From an uncultured Methanosarcinales archaeon (GTDB taxonomy: Archaea > Halobacteriota > Methanosarcinia > Methanotrichales > Methanotrichaceae), in contig CAWJKV010000012.1 in NCBI GenBank assembly GCA_963843555.1, forward strand, positions 32,001-96,000: DNA of 64,000 bases, in the 5' to 3' direction. Numbering within the stretch: position 1 is the first letter of the stretch; each line of letters opens with the position of its first letter. Below, piece by piece: positions 9,980-21,288 of the stretch. The notes below the pieces were generated by a model. The model searched no databases, had not been told where the DNA came from, and was given only the letters and a program-made list of their open reading frames with translations. Position numbers and translations under genes: made by a program.

Positions 9980-10225
9980 CTAAATTCCTGCCAGCTCATT
10001 TACTTGATTGATAGCTTCCAGCAGATTTTCGCCTTTTTGTGTGGTTTCATACAGCTTCTTTTCCCCATGCTGGACCTCTAGTAAATCATTTTTAATCAGG
10101 AGGTCCAAGTATGGTTCTACTGTTTTGAAATTGAGGTTCGCCTGATATACTACTCGGGTCTTAATGGCGCCGTTCTTGCATACATGTAGAATTTGCGATA
10201 TAATTTCTTCTCGGTTCCTCTTCAT
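9980..10225 (-). CDS. Small winged-helix (HTH_45-type) DNA-binding protein
   Basis: KRNREEIISQIL..GAIKTRVVYQANLNF..YLDLL..YETTQKG. Confidence 0.85.
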   Translation of the reverse strand: MKRNREEIISQILHVCKNGAIKTRVVYQANLNFKTVEPYLDLLIKNDLLEVQHGEKKLYETTQKGENLLEAINQVNELAGI

Positions 10226-10377
10226 ACCACCCACTCTCCTATAAGTTTCTGATCTTCAATCGGGGATTGTGATAATAATGTAACTGCGTTCTTCTGATTT
10301 AAGGATCTATGACACAGATCGAGAATTATAGCACAAAGCATGAACAGTATGCAGTCACTTTTAATTAATTGCGATAG

Positions 10378-10902
10378 TTATAGAAAAGAATTACTCGAGT
10401 ATCCACTTAATTTTGTTTTTTGCGACTCGCTGGAGGATTTGAATATCCCACCTACAGGGCAGGAGACGCTCTGCGTAGCGGTTACATTATAAAAGGTGCG
10501 GGTCCGTCCCTCTGGATATACAACAGAGAGCTTGGCGACGCCTTTCTTCAGCGGACTATCCTTGGAGCCGAAGGGATGGGAATCAAAACGATAATAGCTG
10601 CCGTCATATCTTGCCGCGCCTTTTACCTGCAAAGCCGCCCCGTCCGGATCTGCCTTCATAAGTTTGACATCGTTGTATCCGCTCAAGAAGGAGAGCAATT
10701 CCGGTTCCAAATGCCTGCAACCCAGGGCGAGAACATAAAAACGCGTAAAGGTATCAAGGGAGTAGTTGAGCTCAAATATGGCATTACCTCCATCCAGATG
10801 CATTGTAACATCCTTGACATAGATGCCCTCCCCTTCGGCACTGTTGCAGATGGCCATTGTCGTTATTGCCAGGAAGGCCAGAGTTGCGGCAATGTTTCGC
10901 AT
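10378..10902 (-). CDS. Hypothetical secreted protein
   Basis: Signal peptide MRNIAATLAFLAITTMAIC; overlaps/follows the DUF2116 gene. Confidence 0.7.
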   Translation of the reverse strand: MRNIAATLAFLAITTMAICNSAEGEGIYVKDVTMHLDGGNAIFELNYSLDTFTRFYVLALGCRHLEPELLSFLSGYNDVKLMKADPDGAALQVKGAARYDGSYYRFDSHPFGSKDSPLKKGVAKLSVVYPEGRTRTFYNVTATQSVSCPVGGIFKSSSESQKTKLSGYSSNSFL

Positions 10903-10906
10903 TTGT

Positions 10907-11101
10907 TCACCCATTCATCTTAAGAATTGATGGTAGGAACAAAACCAGCCCCAATATTACAATAAATGCCACGAATAACAATTGTTGCCTTCTTTGAGCG
11001 GACCTAAACTTCGATTCGCAAAGCTCATCACAGAAGTTCTCATCCTGGCGCACGGCATTGCCGCAGACAAAACAATGTTTGTGCGGCGATATATCTGTCA
11101 T
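10907..11101 (-). CDS. DUF2116-family Zn-ribbon membrane protein
   Basis: PHKHCFVCG...FCDELC plus C-terminal TM helix; GGTGA RBS. Confidence 0.85.
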   Translation of the reverse strand: MTDISPHKHCFVCGNAVRQDENFCDELCESKFRSAQRRQQLLFVAFIVILGLVLFLPSILKMNG

Positions 11102-11541
11102 TAAATCACCAATTACCCCCGGGTTGGGTGATAGAGTAATTAAGGTTTTGCCTGATACGGGAGGTGATCCGCAGATGCCGGTGTCACTTATGCATGATAC
11201 CTGAAAAAACAGGATTTTAGAATGATGGTCTATCAGCTTTTTTAGGCTGCAGCACGGGACATATCCCGGCATGCAGAGAAGTTATTTGGGCAGTTTCCCT
11301 CTGAATTGACACATTTTCCCAATTAGAAAGTTCTATTCGAATCCAATTTAAGACATACAACTCATTAAATAACATTCATAAGTAAATCATACATTTTGAT
11401 ATTATTTGTTGATAAGGTCTTTTCATTGATAAAAAAATTTGAGGTTTATTTTTCCACTGGAAATAAAGGGGTTGCTCGATCGGAATCTCATGCCCACAAT
11501 TCTGCATTAACTATAAAAGGAGCCTTAGCAAGTAGATACTC

Positions 11542-13560
11542 ATGCCAAGACTGATGATGATCATCTTCATAGCTTTACTCGTATGGCTTTCGCCAATTGA
11601 TGGAGCAAGAACCTTTATCGTGGATGATAACGGCTTCGCCAATTACAAGACAATCCAAGAGGCCGTTGTTGCTGCAGATAACGGAGATACGATATATGTC
11701 AAGCCGGGGATCTACGATGAAGAGGTTATCCTGAACAAGAGCCTTACCCTTATGCCGCTCCTCGGCGAGAGCGGCCCGATAATTCTCAATGGAGACGGTT
11801 TGGAGACAGGAATCACAATCTCGTCGAACGACTGTTCTCTGGAAGGTCTTACCCTGCAAAACTACACCGGCACGGCAGTCTATCTTCTTTCTGATGGAAA
11901 CACCATCACGAAGAATGTGTTTGAAGACACCAGCCCCGCCATATTGGCTAGTGGCTCCAATAATAACTCAATAAATGAGAATCTCATAAAGAAATGCCAG
12001 GGTGGAGTGGTCCTCCGGGACAACTCAGACGGCAATATCATCGAGAAAAACGAGATTGCCGGCTGCAATATTTCCATGTTCCTCGGGAATGTTGGAAAAA
12101 ACAGTATACTTGGCAACAAGATCTCCGATACCCACTGGGGGATATGGCTGGACGACACCAGCAATATCGAGATCAATGGTAACGATATAGCAAGCAAGAA
12201 CTACGGCATTTTGCTCTTCAACAGCAGCAGTATCAATGTTACCGATAGCAAAGTGCAGATTGAAGATAAAGACGCTATCAGCACGCGTGGAATCTTTCTT
12301 GCAAATACCAGCGGAATCGAGTTGCAGAGGAATGAGATTGATGGTGGTGCAATAGGCCTCGGCATTTTGAAGAGCCAGAACAACAAACTGGCAGATAACA
12401 CAATAGCAGGCAGCGCAAATGCCATTTTTATCCAGGACACAAACGGGCAAGAGATCGAAAACAATCGCATCAATGAAGTGGATTATGGTATGAGACTGGA
12501 CAATTCCAGCCAGAACTCCATCAGACAGAACATAGTTGAAAACAGTACCATAGGTTTCGACCTTGGCGCGAGCAAAGAGAACACCGTGATCGAAAACCAG
12601 GTCTCAAACACAAAGGACACGGCGGTTCAGATCACATCATCGAGCGAGAACAGCTTTCAAGCAAACAATATAACCAATAGTTTCCGAGGATTTATTCTTT
12701 CAGAATCCTCCGCCAACCTCCTGGCCGCAAATAACCTCCAGAACGTGGATTGGAGCCTTTATGTGGAAAGCGTCACCAAAGAAGGCTTCGATAATTCCAT
12801 TAACGAATCCAATGTGGTGGATCTGGTTCCCATTGTCTACCTATTTGGCGAGTCCGGCGGACAGATCCAGGATAGGAAGCTCGCCCACCTCACTCTGGCA
12901 TATTGCGACAATGTCACTGTGAAGAATACAACTATCACCCGTGATGCCGTCTTCCTCTTCGACTCTAAGAACATCACTATCAAAGACAACAACATATCGG
13001 GATGCTTCGGTATGCGCCTCGTTCAATCCTTTGGAAATGAGATCGTCGGCAATCGCCTTCTGGGCAATAAGTACAGCGGGATCTTCCTGTACGCCTCGGA
13101 TTTGAATGAGATTGGAGAGAATAATCTATCTTTGAACAACCAGATGGGTATATCTCTTCTCTCCTGCAGTCAGAACACCATTCGCGACAACGTGGTGGAC
13201 AGCAATAATGATACTGGGGTCTGGCTCAATCTCTCCAATGATAACCAGATCTACCAGAATAACATCACCAACAATCCACGGGGCTGCCGGGTTGAGTCCT
13301 CCACTGGAAACAAGATCTACCGCAACAACTTCCTCAACAACAAAGAGCAATCGCAAGATGTTGAGGGCAACAATAGCTGGGATGATGGCAATACCACAGG
13401 CGGCAACTACTGGAGCGATCATGTGGCCAAGGGCAATCCCAGCAAGGAATGGCCGAAGCAGATCAAAGGGGGAAATATGCAGGACCGCTATCCATTCCAG
13501 GATGAGAGCGGCTGGCTGGCAGCAAGAGCTGCTGGCCCCTCCCAGGGGGCAAAGGCATAA
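11542..13560 (+). CDS. Secreted NosD/CASH right-handed beta-helix cell-surface protein
   Basis: Signal peptide, YKTIQEAV..GDTIYVKPGIY, Asn-rich parallel beta-helix repeats, GGNYWSD..DRYP end. Confidence 0.9.
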   Translation: MPRLMMIIFIALLVWLSPIDGARTFIVDDNGFANYKTIQEAVVAADNGDTIYVKPGIYDEEVILNKSLTLMPLLGESGPIILNGDGLETGITISSNDCSLEGLTLQNYTGTAVYLLSDGNTITKNVFEDTSPAILASGSNNNSINENLIKKCQGGVVLRDNSDGNIIEKNEIAGCNISMFLGNVGKNSILGNKISDTHWGIWLDDTSNIEINGNDIASKNYGILLFNSSSINVTDSKVQIEDKDAISTRGIFLANTSGIELQRNEIDGGAIGLGILKSQNNKLADNTIAGSANAIFIQDTNGQEIENNRINEVDYGMRLDNSSQNSIRQNIVENSTIGFDLGASKENTVIENQVSNTKDTAVQITSSSENSFQANNITNSFRGFILSESSANLLAANNLQNVDWSLYVESVTKEGFDNSINESNVVDLVPIVYLFGESGGQIQDRKLAHLTLAYCDNVTVKNTTITRDAVFLFDSKNITIKDNNISGCFGMRLVQSFGNEIVGNRLLGNKYSGIFLYASDLNEIGENNLSLNNQMGISLLSCSQNTIRDNVVDSNNDTGVWLNLSNDNQIYQNNITNNPRGCRVESSTGNKIYRNNFLNNKEQSQDVEGNNSWDDGNTTGGNYWSDHVAKGNPSKEWPKQIKGGNMQDRYPFQDESGWLAARAAGPSQGAKA

Positions 13561-13602
13561 ACCGCAATCTACTTAAGAAGATGAAGAGATGAGGTGAAGA
13601 AT

Positions 13603-13776
13603 ATGGCAAAGAATAAGAGTGAAGGCAGCGGTCTTCAGTCGTCCGCCGGCCTGATGAGATACTTCGAGGCCGATGACAATTCGATCAAGCTCAATCCCAA
13701 GATGGTGCTTGCAGCCTGTATGGGCGCGGGCGCAGTGGTTCTGGGACTGGATATCGCCGTTGGTCTCTGGCCTTAA
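13603..13776 (+). CDS. secG: Preprotein translocase subunit Sec61-beta
   Basis: SGLQSSAGLMRYFE..IKLNPK plus one TM helix; GAGGTGA RBS. Confidence 0.9.
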   Translation: MAKNKSEGSGLQSSAGLMRYFEADDNSIKLNPKMVLAACMGAGAVVLGLDIAVGLWP

Positions 13777-14029
13777 GCGACTATTTGAGATCCACTGCGA
13801 AGGGTGATGCTTTTTTCGCTGTTTGCCGGTGAGTGCTCGAAAGCGCCCTCAACGGCTTTATTCAGTGTAGTGGGAGCCTCAGACGGAGAGGGAGAGAACG
13901 AGAGGGGAGTTTAAAATAACGATCTTGAGAACCAAAGTCAATAGAAATATCACTAAAGTATCAATAAAATTGCCTCAAGATAGCAATTATTTTAAAAAAA
14001 TAGGAACGGATAAACTTCCTGTGTAACAT

Positions 14030-14815
14030 CTATCCGAGAACGCAGATCGCCCGTGGTTCTCTGATCAGAAGCGCCAGGCTTTCTGATATGGAGAATTCCA
14101 GGTTCTCGCCCATCGGCCCGTTGTAGCCGAGGGTCATGTCCTGACCCAGCACAATGGCTGCGTATTGCCTCCCTGATGCCATGAGGACTCCCCCGCTCTC
14201 CAGAATGGGGGCTTTGAAGATGCCGTCTGTGACCAGAGCCTGAAGATACTCGAGCTCGGTACCTCCCTGGGGATAGCGGCGGAAGAGGTGGTTGTAGCGT
14301 TCAGGCGCTAAGGCCAATGTATATGGTCCGTGGAAGCCGGCCTTGTCCAGGAGGGTTATTGCAGCTATGACGTCCCCCACAGCCTTGCCCATAGCTTCCC
14401 AACTGGAGAGCTTGAGCCCCGAGGCTCCTTTGCTATTCAGAAGGCCGGATTCTCCGCTCATTCCTTCGAATATCAGGGACTCCTCCAGCCCGGCTGCCTC
14501 CTGTGCGGCCTTGGCCACAGGAGCGGTGTTGATGGGCATACCATCCTTTTCCGCAGCCGCCAGATCCCTCTTGCTCATGGAGAAGGTCTTATGGATCAAA
14601 GATAAGGGCACAAAGTTGCTTGTGATGATACCATTTTCCGCCCGGACGTCCTGTAAAGGCACTGCCTTGAGTCCAAGTCCGTAGGGGCCTTCGAGATTCA
14701 ACATCCTTCTTCCTGTGAGAACCCCTCGGGCCGCCTCGGCCATAGTGCTGTCCAAAGCCTTCCACGTTTCCGGTCCAATGGGCGCATCTTCCCGCCCTAA
14801 GTAATCATTTTCCAT
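14030..14815 (-). CDS. Family 1 encapsulin shell protein (linocin M18 type)
   Basis: YLGREDAPI..W, LTGRR..GPYGLG, GFHGPYTLAL, LGQDMTLGY, ESLAL..P.AICVL. Confidence 0.92.
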   Translation of the reverse strand: MENDYLGREDAPIGPETWKALDSTMAEAARGVLTGRRMLNLEGPYGLGLKAVPLQDVRAENGIITSNFVPLSLIHKTFSMSKRDLAAAEKDGMPINTAPVAKAAQEAAGLEESLIFEGMSGESGLLNSKGASGLKLSSWEAMGKAVGDVIAAITLLDKAGFHGPYTLALAPERYNHLFRRYPQGGTELEYLQALVTDGIFKAPILESGGVLMASGRQYAAIVLGQDMTLGYNGPMGENLEFSISESLALLIREPRAICVLG

Positions 14816-14833
14816 TGATATGTCCTCCTGCAA

Positions 14834-15223
14834 TCACTTCTTTAGCGACCCGATGGTCGTCTGGATAGGCTTCTCCTCGCCCTCAGGCTTTGTCGCCTCC
14901 ACTGTGACCTCTTGAGACGGCAGGGAGATCTCGAGAGCCATCTCATCGACCTCCTGGGCCCCTTTTGCCAGCTGCAGGTCCTCATCTCCTGTAAGAATGG
15001 AGAGCAGCCGGGCGAACTCTCCGATGTGAACTCTCTCCTCATTGGCGATATCGATGAAGACCTTCTTGGCCAGAGGATTATCTGTGGCCTCGGCATGGGC
15101 CATATAAAGGTGAACTGCTTCCTGCTCGGCGGAGAGGTCAAGGCGTATCGCTCTGATCAGCTCTTCCATGGAGAGCTTGCGATCGGGCACTTTTCCGCTG
15201 AATGGATTAACGAACTCAGGCAT
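14834..15223 (-). CDS. Ferritin-like encapsulin cargo protein with C-terminal targeting peptide
   Basis: ExEAxxxY..DIANEERVHIGEF ferroxidase motif; C-terminus TTIGSLKK matches encapsulin targeting peptides. Confidence 0.9.
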   Translation of the reverse strand: MPEFVNPFSGKVPDRKLSMEELIRAIRLDLSAEQEAVHLYMAHAEATDNPLAKKVFIDIANEERVHIGEFARLLSILTGDEDLQLAKGAQEVDEMALEISLPSQEVTVEATKPEGEEKPIQTTIGSLKK

Positions 15224-15402
15224 TTTTTATCTCCTGATCAGTCTGCCAGATTTGGAATTATTGAATGCGGGCTGAGATGCGAATCCGTTTTCACAGCTCT
15301 GCAACCTCCTTTGAGCATCATGCAAAATTTGCACGCTTGAAGGCTTTATAAGCACATTCGTCTCGATAATTCCAATTCCGGTTTTTGATCAATTTACTAT
15401 TA

Positions 15403-15419
15403 ATTAGATATAGCCTAAT
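15403..15419. promoter_or_regulatory. DtxR/IdeR-type operator-like palindrome upstream of the encapsulin operon
   Basis: ATTAG-ATATAGC-CTAAT (TTAG-N7-CTAA), about 50 bp upstream of a minus-strand TATA (CTTATAAAG, 15344-15352). Confidence 0.5.
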
Positions 15420-15612
15420 GTAAATATGTCTTTTGGCAGATCGCTTAATCTTCGTCCTGTTGCACGAGTCGATGGCGGATAAGATAAGAATATACAAATT
15501 AAAATTAAAAGATCCAAAAAAAATCCTGCCCAAGATCCCCAAAAAAGGCGGGAAGCCCGGGATTCCATCTCACCGAGGCCTCCCATGTGATAATCCAGGC
15601 CTTTGCAGGGTC

Positions 15613-16326
15613 CTATCCTTTAAGGGAAGCCATCCTGGGCAGTATGCTGGGATCGATTCCCGCCAGCTGCGTTACATCCTTGAATCTGCTCTCAGTTTCC
15701 TGGGCGGCAGGCTGGGGGACAGTTGTATTATTCTGCTCAGAGATCAATTGCCGCTCTGCCACGGTTGTGGATACAGTCTGGATCGCGGCAGGAGTGTAGC
15801 CGGATGCATCCGGGCTGATCAGTGTGGCTGCAAATTCGCCCCGGGTAGCAATGCCATTGCCATCAGAACGGATGAAGTATCCTTTCATCGAATCGCCTTC
15901 GACGTTGCCGCTTATGTAGGTGGATGCAACCGTCTCCCCTTCAGCTGCGGCCAGGGACAAGGAGATTGCATTTCCTGAGAGCGAACCTGCCACTGCACCG
16001 TTCCAGGGGTTATCGCCTTCGAATTTGGCCGGGCCAAATATGGATTCTCCAGACTGGTTAAAGGCCGCAGTTATCATATTTTCTCCCAGGGAGACTTTCC
16101 AGATGCCCTGCACACTCGCCTGCACGCCAGCATTGCTATTGCCCTCATTTGAATTGGTGCTATTAATGTCTGCACCGACTGTGCTGGAGGCGTCTACTGT
16201 ATCGTTCGCGAACTGATTCGCATTTGCTGAGGATGCATCCCGTGACTGTGCAAAGCATACTGACATCAGCAAAACCAAGAGGAGAACTCCCATCCAGCCA
16301 GAATATCGTACTATCTTCAAACCCAT
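15613..16326 (-). CDS. Hypothetical secreted protein
   Basis: Signal peptide, AGGAGG RBS, beta-rich domain. Confidence 0.75.
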   Translation of the reverse strand: MGLKIVRYSGWMGVLLLVLLMSVCFAQSRDASSANANQFANDTVDASSTVGADINSTNSNEGNSNAGVQASVQGIWKVSLGENMITAAFNQSGESIFGPAKFEGDNPWNGAVAGSLSGNAISLSLAAAEGETVASTYISGNVEGDSMKGYFIRSDGNGIATRGEFAATLISPDASGYTPAAIQTVSTTVAERQLISEQNNTTVPQPAAQETESRFKDVTQLAGIDPSILPRMASLKG

Positions 16327-16531
16327 AACCTCCTTTCGTTCAGTTTATTACTTATCTCTTTACCCATCCGCGCTTGGGGACGAAAATGAAATTCGCGAGA
16401 GAATTTAAATATGGATCGAACTAATTCATAAAATGATGGTTTTACTCCAAGCCCAGGTCGGAACAGATGCGTTGAGCTTCTAACTCAATAATGTCTGGGT
16501 TCTATTATTCATACTCCTGTTTCTGGTTCCC

Positions 16532-17305
16532 ATGGCCCAGAGAAATTACCTGCAGTCTGCACGCAAGCGCGTTCTCGCCAAGCTCGGAAAATCGAGAGGC
16601 ACTCAGGTCATAACGCTTATCCATCGCCAGGAGACCATCAGCTTTCTTGGCATCCCTCTGGCCCGCTACATCGATATCGACGACAGCGAACAGGTTTTGC
16701 GGGCTATTCGCAGAGCGGATAAAGATGTGCCGATAGACATCATTCTGCATACGCCCGGCGGCCTGGCTCTGGCAGCCACGCAAATCGCCATGGCTCTGAA
16801 GGCTCATCCCGCCAAAAAGACAGTGATTGTGCCCCATTACGCCATGAGCGGCGGAACCCTCATCGCTTTTGCTGCCGACAGGATAATCATGGACCCGCAT
16901 GCTGCGTTGGGTCCCGTCGATCCGCAGTTGGGAGATATTCAGGGCAGCTATCCAGCCACATCGCTCCTGGCAGTGGTCAGCAAGAAGAAGATCGATGAGA
17001 TCGATGACAAGACACTCATCTACGCCGAAGAAGGCCGCAAGGCTCTGGACCAGATGAGGAGCCTCTTGAGAAAAATCCTGGAAGGCAAGTCAGACCAAAA
17101 GAGGCTGGACATAATAATCGAGGAGTTCGTCTCGGGAAAGTACACTCACGATCATCCTTTCATGGCCGAGGAGGCACAGACTCTCTTAGGTGAATGCGTC
17201 CAGACTGATGTTCCTGAAGAGGTCTATGCCCTGATGGAGCTCTATCGCATGGAAGCTGGCAGAAGCCGCCCGGGCGTGGAGTATGTGCCGCTGATGAGGC
17301 GTTAG
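16532..17305 (+). CDS. ClpP-like serine protease (SDH_sah/DUF114 family); N-terminal TM segment probably extends upstream
   Basis: ILHTPGG, AMSGGTLIA, LGPVDPQ, THDHP. Confidence 0.88.
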   Translation: MAQRNYLQSARKRVLAKLGKSRGTQVITLIHRQETISFLGIPLARYIDIDDSEQVLRAIRRADKDVPIDIILHTPGGLALAATQIAMALKAHPAKKTVIVPHYAMSGGTLIAFAADRIIMDPHAALGPVDPQLGDIQGSYPATSLLAVVSKKKIDEIDDKTLIYAEEGRKALDQMRSLLRKILEGKSDQKRLDIIIEEFVSGKYTHDHPFMAEEAQTLLGECVQTDVPEEVYALMELYRMEAGRSRPGVEYVPLMRR

Positions 17306-17374
17306 ACATATCCATTCCGCCGTCTCAGTGGTTCCATTCATTCCTATTTTCAAACCGGTTGGGATCGGCTCCGC

Positions 17375-19937
17375 TCATTTCGATCTGCTACTACGGCGCA
17401 TGCCATTGATCATCTTGAGCCCCTCAAACCATAAGATGCTGGTAATCCCTGCCATGAAGCATATGGCGATGTCGATGAAATGCAGATAGGCAAAGCCGAA
17501 CAGCTCTCTCAAGAATGGAATGTAGAGCACCGCAGCCAGGAATACAAGCGCCCCTCCCAACACCCACCAGAGAGCACGGTTGGGACTGTCTCAAGGTCTC
17601 AAAAATGGTTCGAGACCAGGATCGATTGGTTAGGATCAGGCCCAGATTGGCCACGATGAGCGTGGTAAAGGTCAGGGCTCTTGCCTCTGCTTCTCCCTGG
17701 CCGCGGTATAGAGATGTGGCATAAACGGCCAGGACGATTGCCAGCACTATAAAGCCTTGCAGGAAACTCAGGGCCAGATTCCGCCTGCTGAAGAGCGGCT
17801 TTTTCGGATCGCGTGGAGGGCGTCTGCATGACATCAGCCTCCTCGGGCTCAGCCTCGAAGACCACGGAGCAGGCCGGGTCAATGATCAGCTCCAGGAAGA
17901 CGACATGCACCGGCAAGAGGACGAGAGGCCACTGCAAGAGAACAGGTATCAAAGACATGCCTGCGATGGGCACGTGAATGGCAAGGATGTAGCCCATGGC
18001 TTTCTTGATATTGTCGAATACTCTGCGGCCAAGCCGCGTGGCCTGCACAATGGATGAGAAGGAATCGTCCAAAAGCACCAGACTCGCTGCCTCCCGGGCC
18101 ACATCTGTGCCCCGGCCGCCCATGGCAATGCCGATGTCTGCCGCTTTCAGGGCAGGGGCATCATTGACGCCGTCGCCGGTCATGGCCACAACCTCTCCAT
18201 CGGCCTTCATAGCTATGACCAGCCTCAACTTTTGCTCCGGCACCATTCGGGAAAATATGTTTATGTCCTTTATGCGCTCCTGAAAATCCGAATCGGAGAG
18301 CAACTCCATCTCCGGGCCGGTCAGGACCCTGTCCGCAGACTTAAGGCCTATCGTTCTGGCGATGGCCTGGGCAGTAGCCGGATAGTCGCCGGTTATCATT
18401 ACGACTCTTATCCCCGCGTCATAGCATTCCTTGATGGCATCGGCTATGCCAGGCACGCACCGGGTCGGCAAGGCCCACGAGACCCAGAAACTGAAATTCG
18501 AAGTCGTGCTGTGCCTGCGGCAGATCGGTCTCTTTGAATCTTGCTCTGGCGACGCCAAGGACGCGTAAGCCCTCTTCTGCCATGGCAATGATATTCTCGG
18601 AGAGCTTCTGGCGGGATGATTCATCAAGATGGCAGAGGTCGGCTATGGCCTCAGGCGCACCCTTAGCGGCAATGACGAAATCACTGCCTTCCGGTGACCT
18701 CCAGACGCGGGACATAGCCAGCAGCTTCTTGGAGAGTGGATACTCCTGCACCAGACTCCAATCTCTATGGACATGTTCCGTCTTCTGCAGATAGTCATCT
18801 CCAAGCTTCTGGAAGGCCTTCTCCATGGGGTCGAAAGGGTCTTTCTGCGAGGCCAGAATGCTGTACTCCACGACCTCATGAATGCCGTCAGGAAGAGCGC
18901 CCAGGAGCCCGTCGAGGCTCCAGAATTGGCCGGCAGCAAAGAGCTTCTTCACAGTCATACGATTCTCTGTGAGAGTGCCGGTCTTGTCAGTGCAGAGCAC
19001 TGTGGTCGCCCCCAGCGTCTCCACGGCCGGGACCCGGCGTGTGAGGACCCGGTTCTGAGAGATCCTCCAGGCACCCATAGCCAGGAAGATGGTCAGGACT
19101 ACGGGAAACTCTTCCGGCAGGACGGCCATGGCCATGGTGATACCGGCCAAGAGTCCCTGCAGCCAGTCGTTCCGGGTTATGCCATAGACCACAACCACCA
19201 AGACGCAAAGAGCCAGTCCCAGCGAGGGCCAGCTTCTGCACGAGTTTCGAGGTCTCCTTTTGCAGCGGCGTCTTCTCGGACTCGACATTTTGCAGGGCTT
19301 TTCCGATCTTGCCGATCTGCGTTTGCGCGCCCGTGGCCAACACCTGAGCCGCACCCTGGCCCTGCACAATAAGGCTTCCGGAATAGACGAAAGGCAGGTC
19401 ATCGCCGCCCGGTTGGGTCATAGCGGACGAGCCGTCGGAGCATACTTTGCGAACGGATACTGACTCACCCGTGAGGAGCGACTCATCTGCAGAGAGGTTG
19501 GTGCAGAAAAGAAGCTCTGCGTCTGCGGGTACGCGATCGCCTTCAGAAAGAACAATCAGGTCACCGGGAACAACCTCCCGTCCAGGAATGCGTTTATGCA
19601 CACTGTCCCGGATCACCAGGGCACGGGGGCTGGATAGGTCTCGCAGGGCCTCCAGGGCCCTCTCCGTCTTTCGTTCCTGGTAGAGGGTGATGCCCATCAC
19701 CACGAAGACGAAGCCCATAAGCATCAGCGCCTCCTGAAGGTCTCCGAGAATGAAATAAACCAGGCTGCCTGCCACCAGAAGCAGGAACATGGGCTCCTTT
19801 ATCACCTCCAGAGCGATTGCGAATATGCTGCGAGGTTTCGATTGCGGCAGCTCATTATATCCAAACTGTTTTTGCAGCTCTGCCGCCTCGGCCTCGGAGA
19901 GGCCCTTTGCGGTGCTTATGTCGAAGTCTTCAGCCAG
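17375..19937 (-). CDS. Cation-transporting P-type (type II) ATPase, split by about 4 frameshifts
   Basis: DESLLTGES, PEEFP, DKTGTLT, KGAPE, ITGD, TGDGVNDAPALK across consecutive ORF pieces; start approximate. Confidence 0.9.
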
Positions 19938-20011
19938 CGATATATCCCCTTTGGGGGCTATCCAGTCCTCTTTCTCAAAACGACTTGAGGTCGCAAAGCT
20001 CTCTTTCCGCC

Positions 20012-20569
20012 CTAGATCCATTTCAGCACTTTGGCTTCTCTGGATTTTGGTTCAGGAGTCTCATTCGGATAGCCGAATATGAGCGGCGCCATCAATTCAT
20101 GGTCCTCAGGTATCCCTATCTCTGCCAGGGCCCTGGGGTCCTGGTTCAGGAAGGCGGCAAAACCGATAAAACAGCTTCCTAAACCTGCCTGGTAGGCGAC
20201 CAGGAACATGTTCTCTGCGGCCAGGCCGCAGTCCAGGAGGTTCACTGTCCTCCATTCCTCTTTCTTCGCAACGCTGATCAAAATGACAAGCGGGGCACCA
20301 TAGAACACTACGTCTTTATTCGACTTGAATGCCGTCAGGAGGTTCTCAGGCAGGGGCATGCTCTGCATCACCAGCTCTTTTGTCCTTCGGGACAGATTAT
20401 CGATGATATCTCTCTTCTCTATGACAGTGAAACGCCATGGCTGGCCGTTCATGCCCGAGGGAGCCAAAGATCCGGCAGACAATATCTTGTTGATGACATC
20501 TTTTGGCACAGCTTTGTCTTTATAGCTGCGTATGCTTCTCCTTCCTGCTATACACGCATCCAGTTCCAT
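20012..20569 (-). CDS. Nitroreductase family protein
   Basis: RRSIRSY, APSGMNGQPWRF, DCGLAAENM, GLGSCFIG, FGYP. Confidence 0.92.
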   Translation of the reverse strand: MELDACIAGRRSIRSYKDKAVPKDVINKILSAGSLAPSGMNGQPWRFTVIEKRDIIDNLSRRTKELVMQSMPLPENLLTAFKSNKDVVFYGAPLVILISVAKKEEWRTVNLLDCGLAAENMFLVAYQAGLGSCFIGFAAFLNQDPRALAEIGIPEDHELMAPLIFGYPNETPEPKSREAKVLKWI

Positions 20570-20943
20570 AATAGAAAATCGCATTCTTAATATTAAATGC
20601 TTTACTCGCAGGAACCAGAATGCTGCAATTGCCTGTCTATGACGATTATAGAAGAAAGTTCTTCTTGCATTTTGGATGAGGTATTCTCTGTGTGGCTTTG
20701 CCTGGATTTCGCGAAATCTTGGGCCTGGGTATGATGTGCGATTATATATTCGGCCATTAGCCCTTCCGAAGATGCGTTATAGGCTCGCCTGCATATCGAT
20801 TCTCAGATTGATTTCTCTTTGTAAATATGCCCTGGCCAAAAAGCTTATATCTCGGCAATTGCCGTATGTAGTACATGGCAAAGGTCGAATCTCATTTCTT
20901 TCCCATCAAGATGACTTTTGCCTCCCTCCTATTCATGATTGAC

Positions 20944-21288
20944 TCAGGATTTCTGAGATAGCATCCGATCTTCCTCATACATCCTGGTGTTTGGGCATTG
21001 TTGTATCATGATTTCCGTCTCGTATGATCCTGGCTTGTCGGCGCTCGGGGTGATCTTGTAGATCTTGCCTGACAGATGCACCTCTGTGTAGCCATTTTTG
21101 GCGACGGCATCAAACCCATGATTGGCAAGAACAGAGGCCAGATCAAGGGAACTCATGCCTTGTTTTTCAAATGACGAGATGAGGTCATTCAATTCAGAAA
21201 TATCGCCACCAATCGCTGATGCGGTGCTTATTGATATTGTTACTAAGCCAATCGTCATGATTGCCAACAGACATCTTTCCACTGCCAT
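20944..21288 (-). CDS. Small secreted hypothetical protein (paralog of 47705-47978)
   Basis: Signal peptide; GGDISEL..DLA..LA.H...KNGY.E shared with the paralog. Confidence 0.7.
   Translation of the reverse strand: MAVERCLLAIMTIGLVTISISTASAIGGDISELNDLISSFEKQGMSSLDLASVLANHGFDAVAKNGYTEVHLSGKIYKITPSADKPGSYETEIMIQQCPNTRMYEEDRMLSQKS

Noticed and set aside
17375..19937. Programmed frameshifting or true pseudogene for the P-type ATPase and other split genes
   Set aside because: Multiple scattered shifts without a shared slippery signal fit sequencing error better
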